From Thermoplasmata archaeon (GTDB taxonomy: Archaea; Thermoplasmatota; Thermoplasmata; Thermoplasmatales; Thermoplasmataceae), in the NCBI GenBank assembly GCA_021810045.1, contig JAJZJR010000004.1:18351-82350 (forward strand): a stretch of 64,000 bases of DNA. Reading direction: 5' to 3'. This document shows positions 1-9,066 of the stretch, piece by piece (position 1 is the stretch's first letter; each line of letters begins with the position of its first letter). Below the pieces are notes generated by a model. The model did no database searches and had not been told where the DNA came from. It saw only the letters and a list, made by a program, of their open reading frames with translations. Both the position numbers and the translations under genes were made by a program.

Positions 1-2
1 TC

Positions 3-1031
3 GGGCCGACAGACAGTGGAAAGAGCACATTTCTATTGACACTCAAGGACATTCTTGGGGTAACTAATGTATCCTCGGCAACATTACAACAACTTTCCAA
101 AGCTGACCAGAGGTTCATCACTTCGAAACTGTACAAGAAGCTGGCCAATATCGCACCGGATATGCCAACAAGCTCCCTGAGTGATATCTCTATATTCAAG
201 GGAATCACCGGCAGAGACCTCATACCTGGGGAATTCAAGTACAAACAGCCGTTTGATTTTCAGCCAAGATCCAAACTGCTGTTTTCGGCAAATTCATTGC
301 CCTTTGTAGGCGATGACGAGGAGGCATTTTTCAATCGCTGGGATATAATTGTCTTTCACAAGCCACCTAAGATCGATGCACGACTTCAAGAAAAACTCAA
401 AGAAGAGTCCTCAGGTATTTTCAACTGGGTCATTGAAGGGGCTAGAAGAATAATTGAAAATGGACTGAAGTTCACTGATGCCACACCTACTGCAGAAGCA
501 ATGAGAATCTGGACCAGATCTGCAAATCCAGTGAGGGCCTTCTTTAACGAATGTATTGCAAAGGAAGGCGAGGAAGAGAGGCCAGCTTCAGACTTTTATG
601 ATGCTTATAAACAATACGCGGAGAGATATCACCTGAAATTTGAAGATGAGGATATTTTTGACATTAAGTTCTCCAAGGTCAGCAGAACCAATGTCTTAAA
701 GCATCAACGGAATAACGTGACTCACAAGTACAGAAAGGGTTTGAGAATTCTACCCTTGGAAGATTGGCCAGATTCTGACTCCTCTATTCCTGACGAGTAT
801 ACTGAAGATGAAATGGATTCAGATAAAATATTTGAAAAGGTCAGAAAAGTCTTTGCCGGAACAAGTGAAGTCGCCAGAAAACGCGACAACATTGAAAGAT
901 GGATTGCTTCAGAGAATGGTATATTGATAGAAACCGCTCATAACGTTATTGAGAAGTGGATATCAGAGGGGACAGTCGTCCCTAATGACAGATGCCTGGA
1001 ATTTCCGGAGTGGGATGATTTCAATGCTTGA
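3..1031 (+). CDS. P4/D5-family phage/plasmid primase-helicase, C-terminal NTPase part (5' end cut by window edge)
   Basis: The frame is open from base 3 and reads GPTDSGKSTFLLTLKDILG (Walker A, GxxxxGKS/T) ahead of the tracked ORF start at 36. The following FKGITGRDLIPGEFKYKQPFDFQPRSKLLFSANSLP...FFNRWDIIVF follows the P4/D5 primase C-terminal domain layout. Confidence 0.75.
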   Translation, partial: GPTDSGKSTFLLTLKDILGVTNVSSATLQQLSKADQRFITSKLYKKLANIAPDMPTSSLSDISIFKGITGRDLIPGEFKYKQPFDFQPRSKLLFSANSLPFVGDDEEAFFNRWDIIVFHKPPKIDARLQEKLKEESSGIFNWVIEGARRIIENGLKFTDATPTAEAMRIWTRSANPVRAFFNECIAKEGEEERPASDFYDAYKQYAERYHLKFEDEDIFDIKFSKVSRTNVLKHQRNNVTHKYRKGLRILPLEDWPDSDSSIPDEYTEDEMDSDKIFEKVRKVFAGTSEVARKRDNIERWIASENGILIETAHNVIEKWISEGTVVPNDRCLEFPEWDDFNA

Positions 1032-1353
1032 ACAACGAGGTGCTTATCTTTACAGGAATGGAGATGTTGTGGGTAAACTGGAAAGCCCTCACTGTATTGC
1101 GGTTCGTGATAGAAGACACTACTTCAGGAAGTATGGTGGATTTGCCCTTGCCGTTGAAGCTTATGAATGGCTGCTCAACAAAGGGTTCACTTACTTCCGG
1201 GTGATATATAGGCCTGAAAAGAAAATCATCACATACAGAATTTCAGATTTTGCATCTGGTTACAGAATTGATTACCCTCCGCATGGTGAACAGTATGTGC
1301 TCCCTACGACAACGAGTCTTGAACCTGACGAGAAATCAGGCTTGAATGGGTAG
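1024..1353 (+). CDS. hypothetical protein (109 aa), coupled to primase gene
   Basis: The ATG at 1024 lies inside ATGCTTGA and overlaps the primase stop (1029-1031). The tracked start at 949 would overlap the primase by 83 nt. No family recognised. Confidence 0.4.
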   Translation: MLEQRGAYLYRNGDVVGKLESPHCIAVRDRRHYFRKYGGFALAVEAYEWLLNKGFTYFRVIYRPEKKIITYRISDFASGYRIDYPPHGEQYVLPTTTSLEPDEKSGLNG

Positions 1354-1773
1354 CCTTCTCTGCTTGCCCCCGATGTAGCGCATAGCCATCTGAAATTTCT
1401 CGTCATGATGCTTCGAAAAAATATGGGCAAGCTCATGAACGAGAACCTCCCTAATTTCAATTCTGGTAAGTTTAATAGCATCCTCCCTAACCAAAATGGT
1501 TGACCCTTTGAGCATGGAGAGAATGGACCTATCCCTGAATTTCCTGACCAGCTCAAAATCAATTTCTCCAACAATGTAAAAATTTCCGTTTTTCTTCAGC
1601 TTCAGGAATTCTGATTTTAGGATTCGTATCAGTCTAGTTTTCATATACTCCATGAGAGCGTGTTTATCAAAGGAAAGCGGTACGTAGAGTATGTCACCGG
1701 AGTGTTTTGGTCTTTTCCTCTCGCACCTTACTATTGTTGTAGTCTTTCCTAAAATTATTGCATCAGAATCCAA
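1336..1773 (-). CDS. HExxH zinc-metallopeptidase-like protein (YgjP/DUF45- or SprT-like), distal gene of the type I R-M operon
   Basis: HELAHIFSKHHDEKF motif. The start overlaps the hsdR stop by 11 nt. DUF45-type genes commonly neighbour type I R-M systems. Confidence 0.6.
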   Translation of the reverse strand: MDSDAIILGKTTTIVRCERKRPKHSGDILYVPLSFDKHALMEYMKTRLIRILKSEFLKLKKNGNFYIVGEIDFELVRKFRDRSILSMLKGSTILVREDAIKLTRIEIREVLVHELAHIFSKHHDEKFQMAMRYIGGKQRRLPIQA

Positions 1774-4747
1774 ATGTCTCCCTCAAATTCTTGTATATAT
1801 TCCCGACAACCAAATCTTCTTCTCCAACATCTCTTGGGTTAAGTATTTTGATTGCAGAATATCTTATTGATTTCACAATCTCTTTTCTGTCTATTTTGCG
1901 TACAGTTCTTTCCCCTTTCAGAAGAAGTTTAATGCCTTCTCTGCTGGCCAGATCCTCACAGAATTGATTTAACTTATCATTTCCAATCTTGTCTATTGCA
2001 GTTTTTACGGCCTCTCTGAACGCAGTCTTTATTTCACCTTCGGTTGATTCAGCGGCTTCAATTGAGTCCAGAGTATCCTTTATCGCCTTTATTTCAGTCA
2101 GTATCTCTTCATTTACAGCCTTGGCTCTCATCAATTTCTGGTACGCATTGACTATTCTCTCCAGAAGGCTTGGATATCTGAATCTTCTTCCAGATACATC
2201 AATATGCCAGGTGTTCAAGGCCCTCAAGGCCGATGCATAATCCTTGGTTCTCCCTAAGTTGTTAAGGTATGCTCTGTCTATGGTAAAACTTCCTTTCTTT
2301 TCTACATCGATAAAGAAATTCTCACTTACGATCTTCTTCACTCTTTCATAGGCATCCTGTACCTTCTGCTCATTAACATCCCCCAATTTCAGGTTGTTGA
2401 CATACACACCATAAGCTTTGGCAAGAACTTTGTATCTGTCCATGTGGCCCAACAGGTATGATTTTGCTCTCGGCAGGTTAAGAATTGCCGTGAGTTTCTT
2501 AAAATTCTTTTCAAAGTTTTCTGAAATCTCAGAGTCAGACAGGAGCTTCATCAATTGGTCAAGGTTCTCGTGGCTGTCACTTGAGAAATCAAAATCGCCG
2601 AAGAGTTTATAGGTTTCATTCAGTAATTCAACAAAGTCCTTCTCAATTTCCTCTCTTGATATGACTATGCCACGAATCCCCCCGTCTGATGACATTCCTT
2701 CATATTTTTTTAGGGTCTTGTTGAGGGTTTCAAGCAGATACACATAGTCAATGACATAGCCATAATCTTTTGTACTAAAAGGTCTGTCAGTTCTCCCTAT
2801 GGCCTGCAAAAGGCGTTCCTCAAAGAGGGGTTTGGCGAGATACATTACCCACAGCTTTGAGGAGTCAAATCCCGTAAGAAGCATATCCGTCACTATGAGT
2901 ATCTTTGGGTTTTCAGAGAAATCAAAATTTTCAGCGAATTCTTTGCAGGCTTTCCTGACATCTTTGCCCGTCCTCTTTTCAAGCTCGTCCCTGTATCCCT
3001 TAATGAGATCGGAGACCTCGTTATGTCCAAATGTCATCACAATCTCAGAGGCCTCCGGGGAAAGCAATGTATCAAGTTTCCTTTTGTACATGACACATGC
3101 CTCTCTATCCACTGCCACGAGCATGGCCTTTAGACCCGTGTTGCTGCCTTCAATCTCGCTCCGGAAATGGTTGGCAACATCTCTTGCTATTGTATCGACG
3201 TTTGCCTCCGTTTTATACAGCTCCTTGATTACCCTAATCTTTCTGTTAAGCAGTTCCTTTTCAGGTTCAGATAAATCCTCTGTTTCTTCATCGTGGTCGA
3301 GTGCCTGCTTTATTATCTGGTCTTTAACCTCTGGAATCGCAGCGTTGTATTCATAAGCTATGGGGACAGTGAAGTTGTCATCCTGGGCATCTTTCATGCT
3401 GTATCTGTCCAGGTACAGTTCTTCTGGAGGGCAGAATTCTTCGAAGGTGTTCCTTACCTTCCCCCCAGTGTTCTTTCTTATGGGAGTACCGGTGAATCCG
3501 AAAACAAAGGAGTCTGGAAACGCATTTCTGAAGGTTGCTGCCATCAGACCATACTGTGTTCTGTGGCTCTCGTCGACCAGACAAATTACATTTCTGCCCT
3601 TTATGTAAGAGTTTCCAGCTATGGATTTGAAATTCTCAGGGCTGAACTTCTGGACAGTAACGATGAAGACCCCAGGTTTCCCCTGGCCGTTGTTGTAGTC
3701 AATAAGTTCCGCCAGTTCCGTTGTGTTGTTTATGCTGTGAGTAAGCTCCAATCCCTGTATATCAGAAAATCGTGTTAGAGCCTGATTGTCCAGATCCTTT
3801 CTGTCAACAACAATGAGAAGTGTGGCATCCGGCATCTTCTTCCTTATCTGATATGCTGTGTATGCCATTATCAGTGTCTTACCCGAACCCTGCCAGTGCC
3901 ATATCAATCCGGTTTTGACGGCCTCATCCTGCTTTCTGTCAATATTATCCTCAATTCTTTTGAGAATCTTCTCAGTAGCCCTGAACTGCATGTATCTGGC
4001 CATTATCTTTTCATTTCGGTCACCCTTCTTTCTTATGTGCAGATAATTGGTCAGAATTTTTATGAAATTATCAGGATACAAGGCCCCATATAGCAGTGTT
4101 TCAACCTCATTTTCTGGTGTTGGTTCAAGAGGGTACGAGGTCTTCCATTTTGCCCTGATATCCTCACCCTTCTTATTGAAGAACAGGGGGAAGAGTTCTC
4201 CCTTTACACCGTTGTTTATAACAGCCAATTGCAGGTAGGTGAACAGTTCCCTGACACTTTCCTCATATCCCTTTATCTGGTTATAAGCCAGTTCAAGGGT
4301 GCCCATATTGTAAGGGTTCTTGTTCTCCATAATCACAAGCGGAATTCCATTGACGAACAGTACAACATCAGGTCTCTTGTTGGACTTGCCTTTGACACTA
4401 AACTGATTTGTGACTATGAAGCTGTTATTGTAAATTCTTGACTCGTCAAGTAATTTTACAGTATGAATCTGCTTGTTTTCGTCCACAACGCTAACTCCTT
4501 GTTTCAGGAAGTCCAGAAATTTGGCATTTCCTTCCTGTGATGGGGTCAATTCTTCCAATTTTGAGATTGCATCGGAAATGAGCGACTCTTGAATGGGATT
4601 AATTTTCCTCAGGCTGTTAAGAAGATTCTCCATGAGTAAAAAGACACCATTATTTCTTTCTTCGAGGTCTTCCGGGGAGTTGTAGATCCATCCGTAATCC
4701 TGGAGTTTTCTTATAATCCATTCCTCGTTGGAAGCCTCGCTGACCAT
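1763..4747 (-). CDS. hsdR: Type I restriction enzyme R subunit
   Basis: 994 aa. Helicase motif I is WHWQGSGKT and motif II is LVDESHRTQYG. The start overlaps the hsdS stop (TGATG). Confidence 0.92.
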   Translation of the reverse strand: MVSEASNEEWIIRKLQDYGWIYNSPEDLEERNNGVFLLMENLLNSLRKINPIQESLISDAISKLEELTPSQEGNAKFLDFLKQGVSVVDENKQIHTVKLLDESRIYNNSFIVTNQFSVKGKSNKRPDVVLFVNGIPLVIMENKNPYNMGTLELAYNQIKGYEESVRELFTYLQLAVINNGVKGELFPLFFNKKGEDIRAKWKTSYPLEPTPENEVETLLYGALYPDNFIKILTNYLHIRKKGDRNEKIMARYMQFRATEKILKRIEDNIDRKQDEAVKTGLIWHWQGSGKTLIMAYTAYQIRKKMPDATLLIVVDRKDLDNQALTRFSDIQGLELTHSINNTTELAELIDYNNGQGKPGVFIVTVQKFSPENFKSIAGNSYIKGRNVICLVDESHRTQYGLMAATFRNAFPDSFVFGFTGTPIRKNTGGKVRNTFEEFCPPEELYLDRYSMKDAQDDNFTVPIAYEYNAAIPEVKDQIIKQALDHDEETEDLSEPEKELLNRKIRVIKELYKTEANVDTIARDVANHFRSEIEGSNTGLKAMLVAVDREACVMYKRKLDTLLSPEASEIVMTFGHNEVSDLIKGYRDELEKRTGKDVRKACKEFAENFDFSENPKILIVTDMLLTGFDSSKLWVMYLAKPLFEERLLQAIGRTDRPFSTKDYGYVIDYVYLLETLNKTLKKYEGMSSDGGIRGIVISREEIEKDFVELLNETYKLFGDFDFSSDSHENLDQLMKLLSDSEISENFEKNFKKLTAILNLPRAKSYLLGHMDRYKVLAKAYGVYVNNLKLGDVNEQKVQDAYERVKKIVSENFFIDVEKKGSFTIDRAYLNNLGRTKDYASALRALNTWHIDVSGRRFRYPSLLERIVNAYQKLMRAKAVNEEILTEIKAIKDTLDSIEAAESTEGEIKTAFREAVKTAIDKIGNDKLNQFCEDLASREGIKLLLKGERTVRKIDRKEIVKSIRYSAIKILNPRDVGEEDLVVGNIYKNLRETFGF

Positions 4748-6006
4748 CAGACCTTCACCCTCATCTTTCCAGTCAGGAGATCGCCCATCAGTCTCTGCTT
4801 GATGGTTTCTAAATTTTCCCTCTTCTTGCTTAGAAGGGTTAACTTATCATCTATGCTGGATAGAATCTCAGTGATTTTGTTCTGCTCTGAGATAGGTGGG
4901 ACTGGAAAAGCTAAGCTAAAAAGAGAATCTTTTGGAACTCTCTGTCTTCCCGTTGTCCCAACCATGCTGTCAATAAGCGGCTTCCTAAAGAGGTTTGTTT
5001 TCAAAAGGTAAAATGTAAATAAATTTGTAAGAGAATTTTCAGAGACAATAGGGTATACCTCTGAAGTTGCGAAAGCGTGTCCCGATGGTATATTTGGAAC
5101 AATTCCCTGTTTTCCGTTTTCTACGGAGGGGGTTATTTTTGGGAGAAGTATATCGCCGGGTTCGCAATAGGTTGGAGGTATGACCTCGCCTTCTTTTAGG
5201 GACTTGTATTCACAGTATGTATTCTCGTCAGGAATTAGCTCCATGGGAATAGCATACAACGCATCCACTTCTGCCAGCTTCTTTTTCTTTCGAATTTCTA
5301 GTACTTCACAAAATGGCTTCAGGTCCCATTCTTCAGGTATTTCCCCAATCTCGGTTTCTTTGAATTTTGTGTGTCCTATACCTATAGTAAGAAGTCTCTG
5401 CATTAGCCCCTTCTTTAACTGTTCCGTCAGCGTTATCTGTTCGTTAACCTTCTGGATCGCATCATCTGCTGTTGTAAGGATTTCTGCAATTTTTTGCTGC
5501 TCGTTCAACGATGGACAAGGTATTTGCAAATTCTCTAACGTTGATTTTTTAATGGAAGGCATTGTCGTAATGTTTGATAGAACTTTAAGATCCACTCTGG
5601 AAACAAAGTAATAGTATAGAAATTCATCGTGAAGTCTCCTTGGGACTATACCTGCTACATTATTGTCAAAAGTGGCTTCCACAGAGAGAATTCTGAATTT
5701 ATTGAGATAAACTGCCATTCCAATTTTTGGAAATATGGTAGTGCCTGCAGGAAAAACTTTCGCATGTAACAGTTTGAGTTCTTCTCTTCCAACAAAATTG
5801 CTTGCTGTGTTAACATATTTATTGGACAGGTTCATATCTCCTACCTTTACGAATGGGTAGGTACCTTGATCCTTTCCTTGATATTTTAAAGGAAATCCAT
5901 AACCAGAAACCACATCGGCCACTTCAGAAAGCTTTACAATTCTCCATTCCGGAGGGCCTGTTTTATTAATTGTTAAGTCGTCTCTAGCCCCCTCTGAATT
6001 ATTCAA
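4747..6006 (-). CDS. hsdS: Type I restriction-modification specificity subunit
   Basis: 419 aa with two variable halves, each followed by a conserved helical spacer (LNEQQKIAEILTTADDAIQK and ISEQNKITEILSSIDDKLTLL). It sits between hsdM and hsdR with overlapping junctions. Confidence 0.88.
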   Translation of the reverse strand: MNNSEGARDDLTINKTGPPEWRIVKLSEVADVVSGYGFPLKYQGKDQGTYPFVKVGDMNLSNKYVNTASNFVGREELKLLHAKVFPAGTTIFPKIGMAVYLNKFRILSVEATFDNNVAGIVPRRLHDEFLYYYFVSRVDLKVLSNITTMPSIKKSTLENLQIPCPSLNEQQKIAEILTTADDAIQKVNEQITLTEQLKKGLMQRLLTIGIGHTKFKETEIGEIPEEWDLKPFCEVLEIRKKKKLAEVDALYAIPMELIPDENTYCEYKSLKEGEVIPPTYCEPGDILLPKITPSVENGKQGIVPNIPSGHAFATSEVYPIVSENSLTNLFTFYLLKTNLFRKPLIDSMVGTTGRQRVPKDSLFSLAFPVPPISEQNKITEILSSIDDKLTLLSKKRENLETIKQRLMGDLLTGKMRVKV

Positions 6007-7546
6007 TATAACCTAGCTCCCTGAGATAACCGTTGAGCTTGTACTCAACTTCAGTAAGTTCGATATTTATTTCATTAAGCCCCTCAATAGTGCCTGAAAT
6101 ATCAATTGAATTTTCATCGTTAACTGGGTTTACATAAGTGCTGACATTCAAATCGTAATCTTTTGCTTTTATTTCCTCCACACTAACAACTTTTGAAAAC
6201 CCCTCTTTGGATTCGAAGTCTGTATAGGTTGAAACTATGTTATTGATATTTTCTTCGTTTATTATATTCAATTTCTTGATATTTTGGTGCTTCCCGAACT
6301 CTTTAGAAGCATCTATAAACAAAATATCATCTCTGTGGCTCTCTTGTTTGTTCTTATTGAAAGTGAGGACAACTCCAGCTGCTCCGGTATTGTAGAATAT
6401 TTTGTCTGGCAACAGAATAACGGACTCCAGAGTCTTCTCATCAACTACCTTTTTTCTTATGACTTTCTCGGAATTTCCCCTAAATAGTACTCCCTGGTCC
6501 ATGATAACTGCCACTTTTGATTTCGAAGTGTAAAGCATATGCTGTATCCATGCCCAGTCTCCGTACCTCTGAGGAACAAAACCATCGGAGTATCTATCCT
6601 TGAATTCTGCCTGTTTCAGCGTTTCTTCCCCATAGCCTTTTTGGGCCCACGGTGGATTGGCCAGGACAAGATCGAAAGGCCTCAACCCAGAAGCTGTTTT
6701 AAATTTAGGGTATAGAAGGCTGTCACCTACTTCAAGATGAGATTCAGAAATCCCATGGAGAATTGTGTTCATTTTTGCCAGAGCATAGGTCGTTGGACTT
6801 CTCTCTTCACCATAAAGGCCGACACGATTTGCACCATCTTCGCCGATTTTCCGTTTTACATGTTCATATGCCTCAATGAGCATACCGCCAGAACCGCACG
6901 CAGGATCGTAAACGCTCATTCCAGGCTGCGGGTCCAGTATGTCAACCATAAGCCTGACAACCTCTCTAGGTGTGTAGACTTCACCTTCCTTGGCCTTTTC
7001 GGGTGCGAATCTCATGAGTATGTGTTCGTATGCATCTCCCATGGCATCGCCTTCAATACACCTGTTTGAAAAGGTGTATTTGTCAAAAAGAGCGATTAAC
7101 TGCTCAAGGAGGATTCTGTTTTCCCTGCTCTTCGTGAAATCAATGAAGTCTATCCTGTTTATGACCCCATCAAGCTCTTTGTTTTCCTTTGCAATTTCAT
7201 TTATGGCCTTTGACAGGTTTTCCGTGAGCTTTTCCTTATCCTTTCTTATGTTATCCCAGAGCACATTCTCTGGAACCATGAAGCTGTGGTATTCCTCTCT
7301 CACTGCACGTTTGATTGCTTCAGATTCATCAATTCCCGTCTCCTCCATGATTTCAGTCTTTGCGTCCTCTACTTCCTCTTTCCATCTGTCACTCAACCTT
7401 TTTATGAACAACAAAACCAGAATGTACTTGTAATCCACTGATGTCCTTATCAAATCTGCAGCATCATCCACCAGTTTGATAAGGTCAGCTTTTGTGACTT
7501 TTCCAAAGCAATCAACCATAGCCATAGAATTCAGAGAGATAAACAT
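5999..7546 (-). CDS. hsdM: Type I R-M N6-adenine DNA methyltransferase subunit
   Basis: AdoMet motif I is VYDPACGSGGML and catalytic motif IV is LANPPW. The N-terminal HsdM helical domain is present, and the stop overlaps the hsdS start by 8 nt. Confidence 0.92.
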   Translation of the reverse strand: MFISLNSMAMVDCFGKVTKADLIKLVDDAADLIRTSVDYKYILVLLFIKRLSDRWKEEVEDAKTEIMEETGIDESEAIKRAVREEYHSFMVPENVLWDNIRKDKEKLTENLSKAINEIAKENKELDGVINRIDFIDFTKSRENRILLEQLIALFDKYTFSNRCIEGDAMGDAYEHILMRFAPEKAKEGEVYTPREVVRLMVDILDPQPGMSVYDPACGSGGMLIEAYEHVKRKIGEDGANRVGLYGEERSPTTYALAKMNTILHGISESHLEVGDSLLYPKFKTASGLRPFDLVLANPPWAQKGYGEETLKQAEFKDRYSDGFVPQRYGDWAWIQHMLYTSKSKVAVIMDQGVLFRGNSEKVIRKKVVDEKTLESVILLPDKIFYNTGAAGVVLTFNKNKQESHRDDILFIDASKEFGKHQNIKKLNIINEENINNIVSTYTDFESKEGFSKVVSVEEIKAKDYDLNVSTYVNPVNDENSIDISGTIEGLNEINIELTEVEYKLNGYLRELGYIE

Positions 7547-7690
7547 AATAAAATAATATTAAAGTTACGTGACAAATCGGACATGGTTACCATTGAATCC
7601 GAACACATGTATTACAGACACAATAATAATGTGGATTAGGAAGAATGATTTGCAAAATTTATAAATATGTAAGAATGTATTATTTTTCTA

Positions 7691-8245
7691 ATGACCACAT
7701 GCTGTCACTGTGGGAGAATTCTATACTATCGCCAAAGTGTGAAGAGGCATAGCGGTTCATGGTGTTATTATAACAAAGGTGCTTGCAGTTTTGACTACAA
7801 TTATGCACATGATGAGTCAGAGGAAGGGCAAGAAGACTTCAAGAGAAAACTAATCAAGGGAATCGCCAAAGGAGCCATCATCGGTGCAGCACTAGGTGTT
7901 ACGTGCTTGTTGGTGCACGTCGCTTGCATTATTACTGCATTCATACACCAGCATTATTATTTTAAGTCAGCAGCTTCATCAGTATATTCTGTTCTGAAAA
8001 ACAAGTCTGAACACGATAATCATCCAGTCAAGGAAGCTGCAATATCCGGAACACTGGAAACATCAAATGCTGCCGGTACCGATGCGCTATCTTCTAAGCT
8101 CGGAGCTAAATTTGCTGAAATTGCCCACGCAAGGTCCGGAGCATCATTATCTTGGGCTGGAGAAATAGGAAAAGAAACAGGCAGAGGAATGCTTGAACAG
8201 GGTTCTAGTGCCGTATTTGACTGGGGCTCAAAGGTAGTTGTGTGA
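7691..8245 (+). CDS. hypothetical zinc-ribbon membrane protein
   Basis: N-terminal CCHCG...WCYYNKGAC cysteine cluster, then one clear hydrophobic helix (AIIGAALGVTCLLVHVACIITAFI), then a Ser/Ala/Gly-rich tail. No family recognised. Confidence 0.45.
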   Translation: MTTCCHCGRILYYRQSVKRHSGSWCYYNKGACSFDYNYAHDESEEGQEDFKRKLIKGIAKGAIIGAALGVTCLLVHVACIITAFIHQHYYFKSAASSVYSVLKNKSEHDNHPVKEAAISGTLETSNAAGTDALSSKLGAKFAEIAHARSGASLSWAGEIGKETGRGMLEQGSSAVFDWGSKVVV

Positions 8246-8550
8246 TAAAAATGGAAGATACCAATGATAGAGATATGAATTTCTCAGAAAATTTTGTTAT
8301 AATATCATCCAGAAAGACTGATTTTCTGACCCGGTTCATTGAGAAACTGAAATCTGAAAGTGAAGAACGCATACAACCAGACACCATTTCGGAAGTTGTG
8401 CATATAGTAGCTTCTCTGGACCCTTTGCTGTTTGTTAGTCAAAAAGAAATCAAAGAAGGCCATCTTCACCTCGACACCAAGCTTGAAGACCTTGATAGAG
8501 AAAAGATCGGAGAGGAGATAGCCAAAAAGATGAACGGGTTTACTGAATAG
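8242..8550 (+). CDS. hypothetical acidic protein
   Basis: The ORF abuts and overlaps the preceding gene (GTG at 8242 or ATG at 8251). Composition is charged. No family recognised. Confidence 0.4.
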   Translation: MIKMEDTNDRDMNFSENFVIISSRKTDFLTRFIEKLKSESEERIQPDTISEVVHIVASLDPLLFVSQKEIKEGHLHLDTKLEDLDREKIGEEIAKKMNGFTE

Positions 8551-8595
8551 GTAGATACAACCCAGGAATCAATCTAGTAAGTGAATACTATCCTA

Positions 8596-8654
8596 ACCCC
8601 TCAACAACCTGGAAAGCCTTTGATATAGCCTTCCAGTGAAAGATGTTGAGGGGT
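8596..8654. repeat. stem-loop 1: 11-bp perfect arms ACCCCTCAACA / TGTTGAGGGGT, 37-nt spacer with an inner 9-bp imperfect stem
   Basis: Read directly from the sequence. The inner pair is CTGGAAAGC / GCCTTCCAG with one mismatch. Confidence 0.8.
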
Positions 8655-8722
8655 GGCATTTCATTGTTATTCTATGATGCCTAAATGTTTTATTTTGCTC
8701 CAGGAAACAACAGTAGGAAAGC

Positions 8723-8782
8723 ACCCCTCGACATGTTGGTACAGAGACGCTATTACACTGATTCAGAGAGTTGTCGAGGGGT
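8723..8782. repeat. stem-loop 2: 11-bp perfect arms ACCCCTCGACA / TGTCGAGGGGT, 38-nt spacer
   Basis: Read directly from the sequence. The arms differ from stem-loop 1 at one base pair, and the change is compensatory (A:T to G:C). Confidence 0.8.
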
Positions 8783-9066
8783 CATCTTGACTGATTCAAC
8801 TCACATTTCACTATGTCATTTTTTACGGTCATTTTTCAATTTTCTCCAAAGTGGTAAGTCACAGATGACTTTGGAAGAACTGCAAGGTCTAAGAGCATCA
8901 CTTTCGCATGAATACTACACTTTCATAGGTTTAAGGTGAAAGGAAAATTACCTTACAAAATGCCTATTTTTGATGAAATTTATACCTATAGAACAGATAT
9001 ATGATTTATAGATGACCACTATGTGATTTTGTAAATGTTAATATAGATGATTTTAGTTAGTTCTTC

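Noticed and set aside
949-1023. N-terminal extension of the ORF downstream of the primase (tracked start 949)
   Set aside because: It would overlap the primase gene by 83 nt. An ATG at 1024 embedded in the primase stop region gives a typical coupled start.
1758-4441. About ten plus-strand ORFs (62-185 aa) nested inside hsdR
   Set aside because: All lie antisense to a 994-aa gene with clear helicase motifs. Their products are Ser/Leu/Phe-rich low-complexity 'shadow' translations with no motifs.
8685-8939. 84-aa plus-strand ORF in the 8551-9066 gap
   Set aside because: It spans stem-loop 2, has odd composition and no recognisable motif or coupling to neighbours. The region is more likely non-coding.
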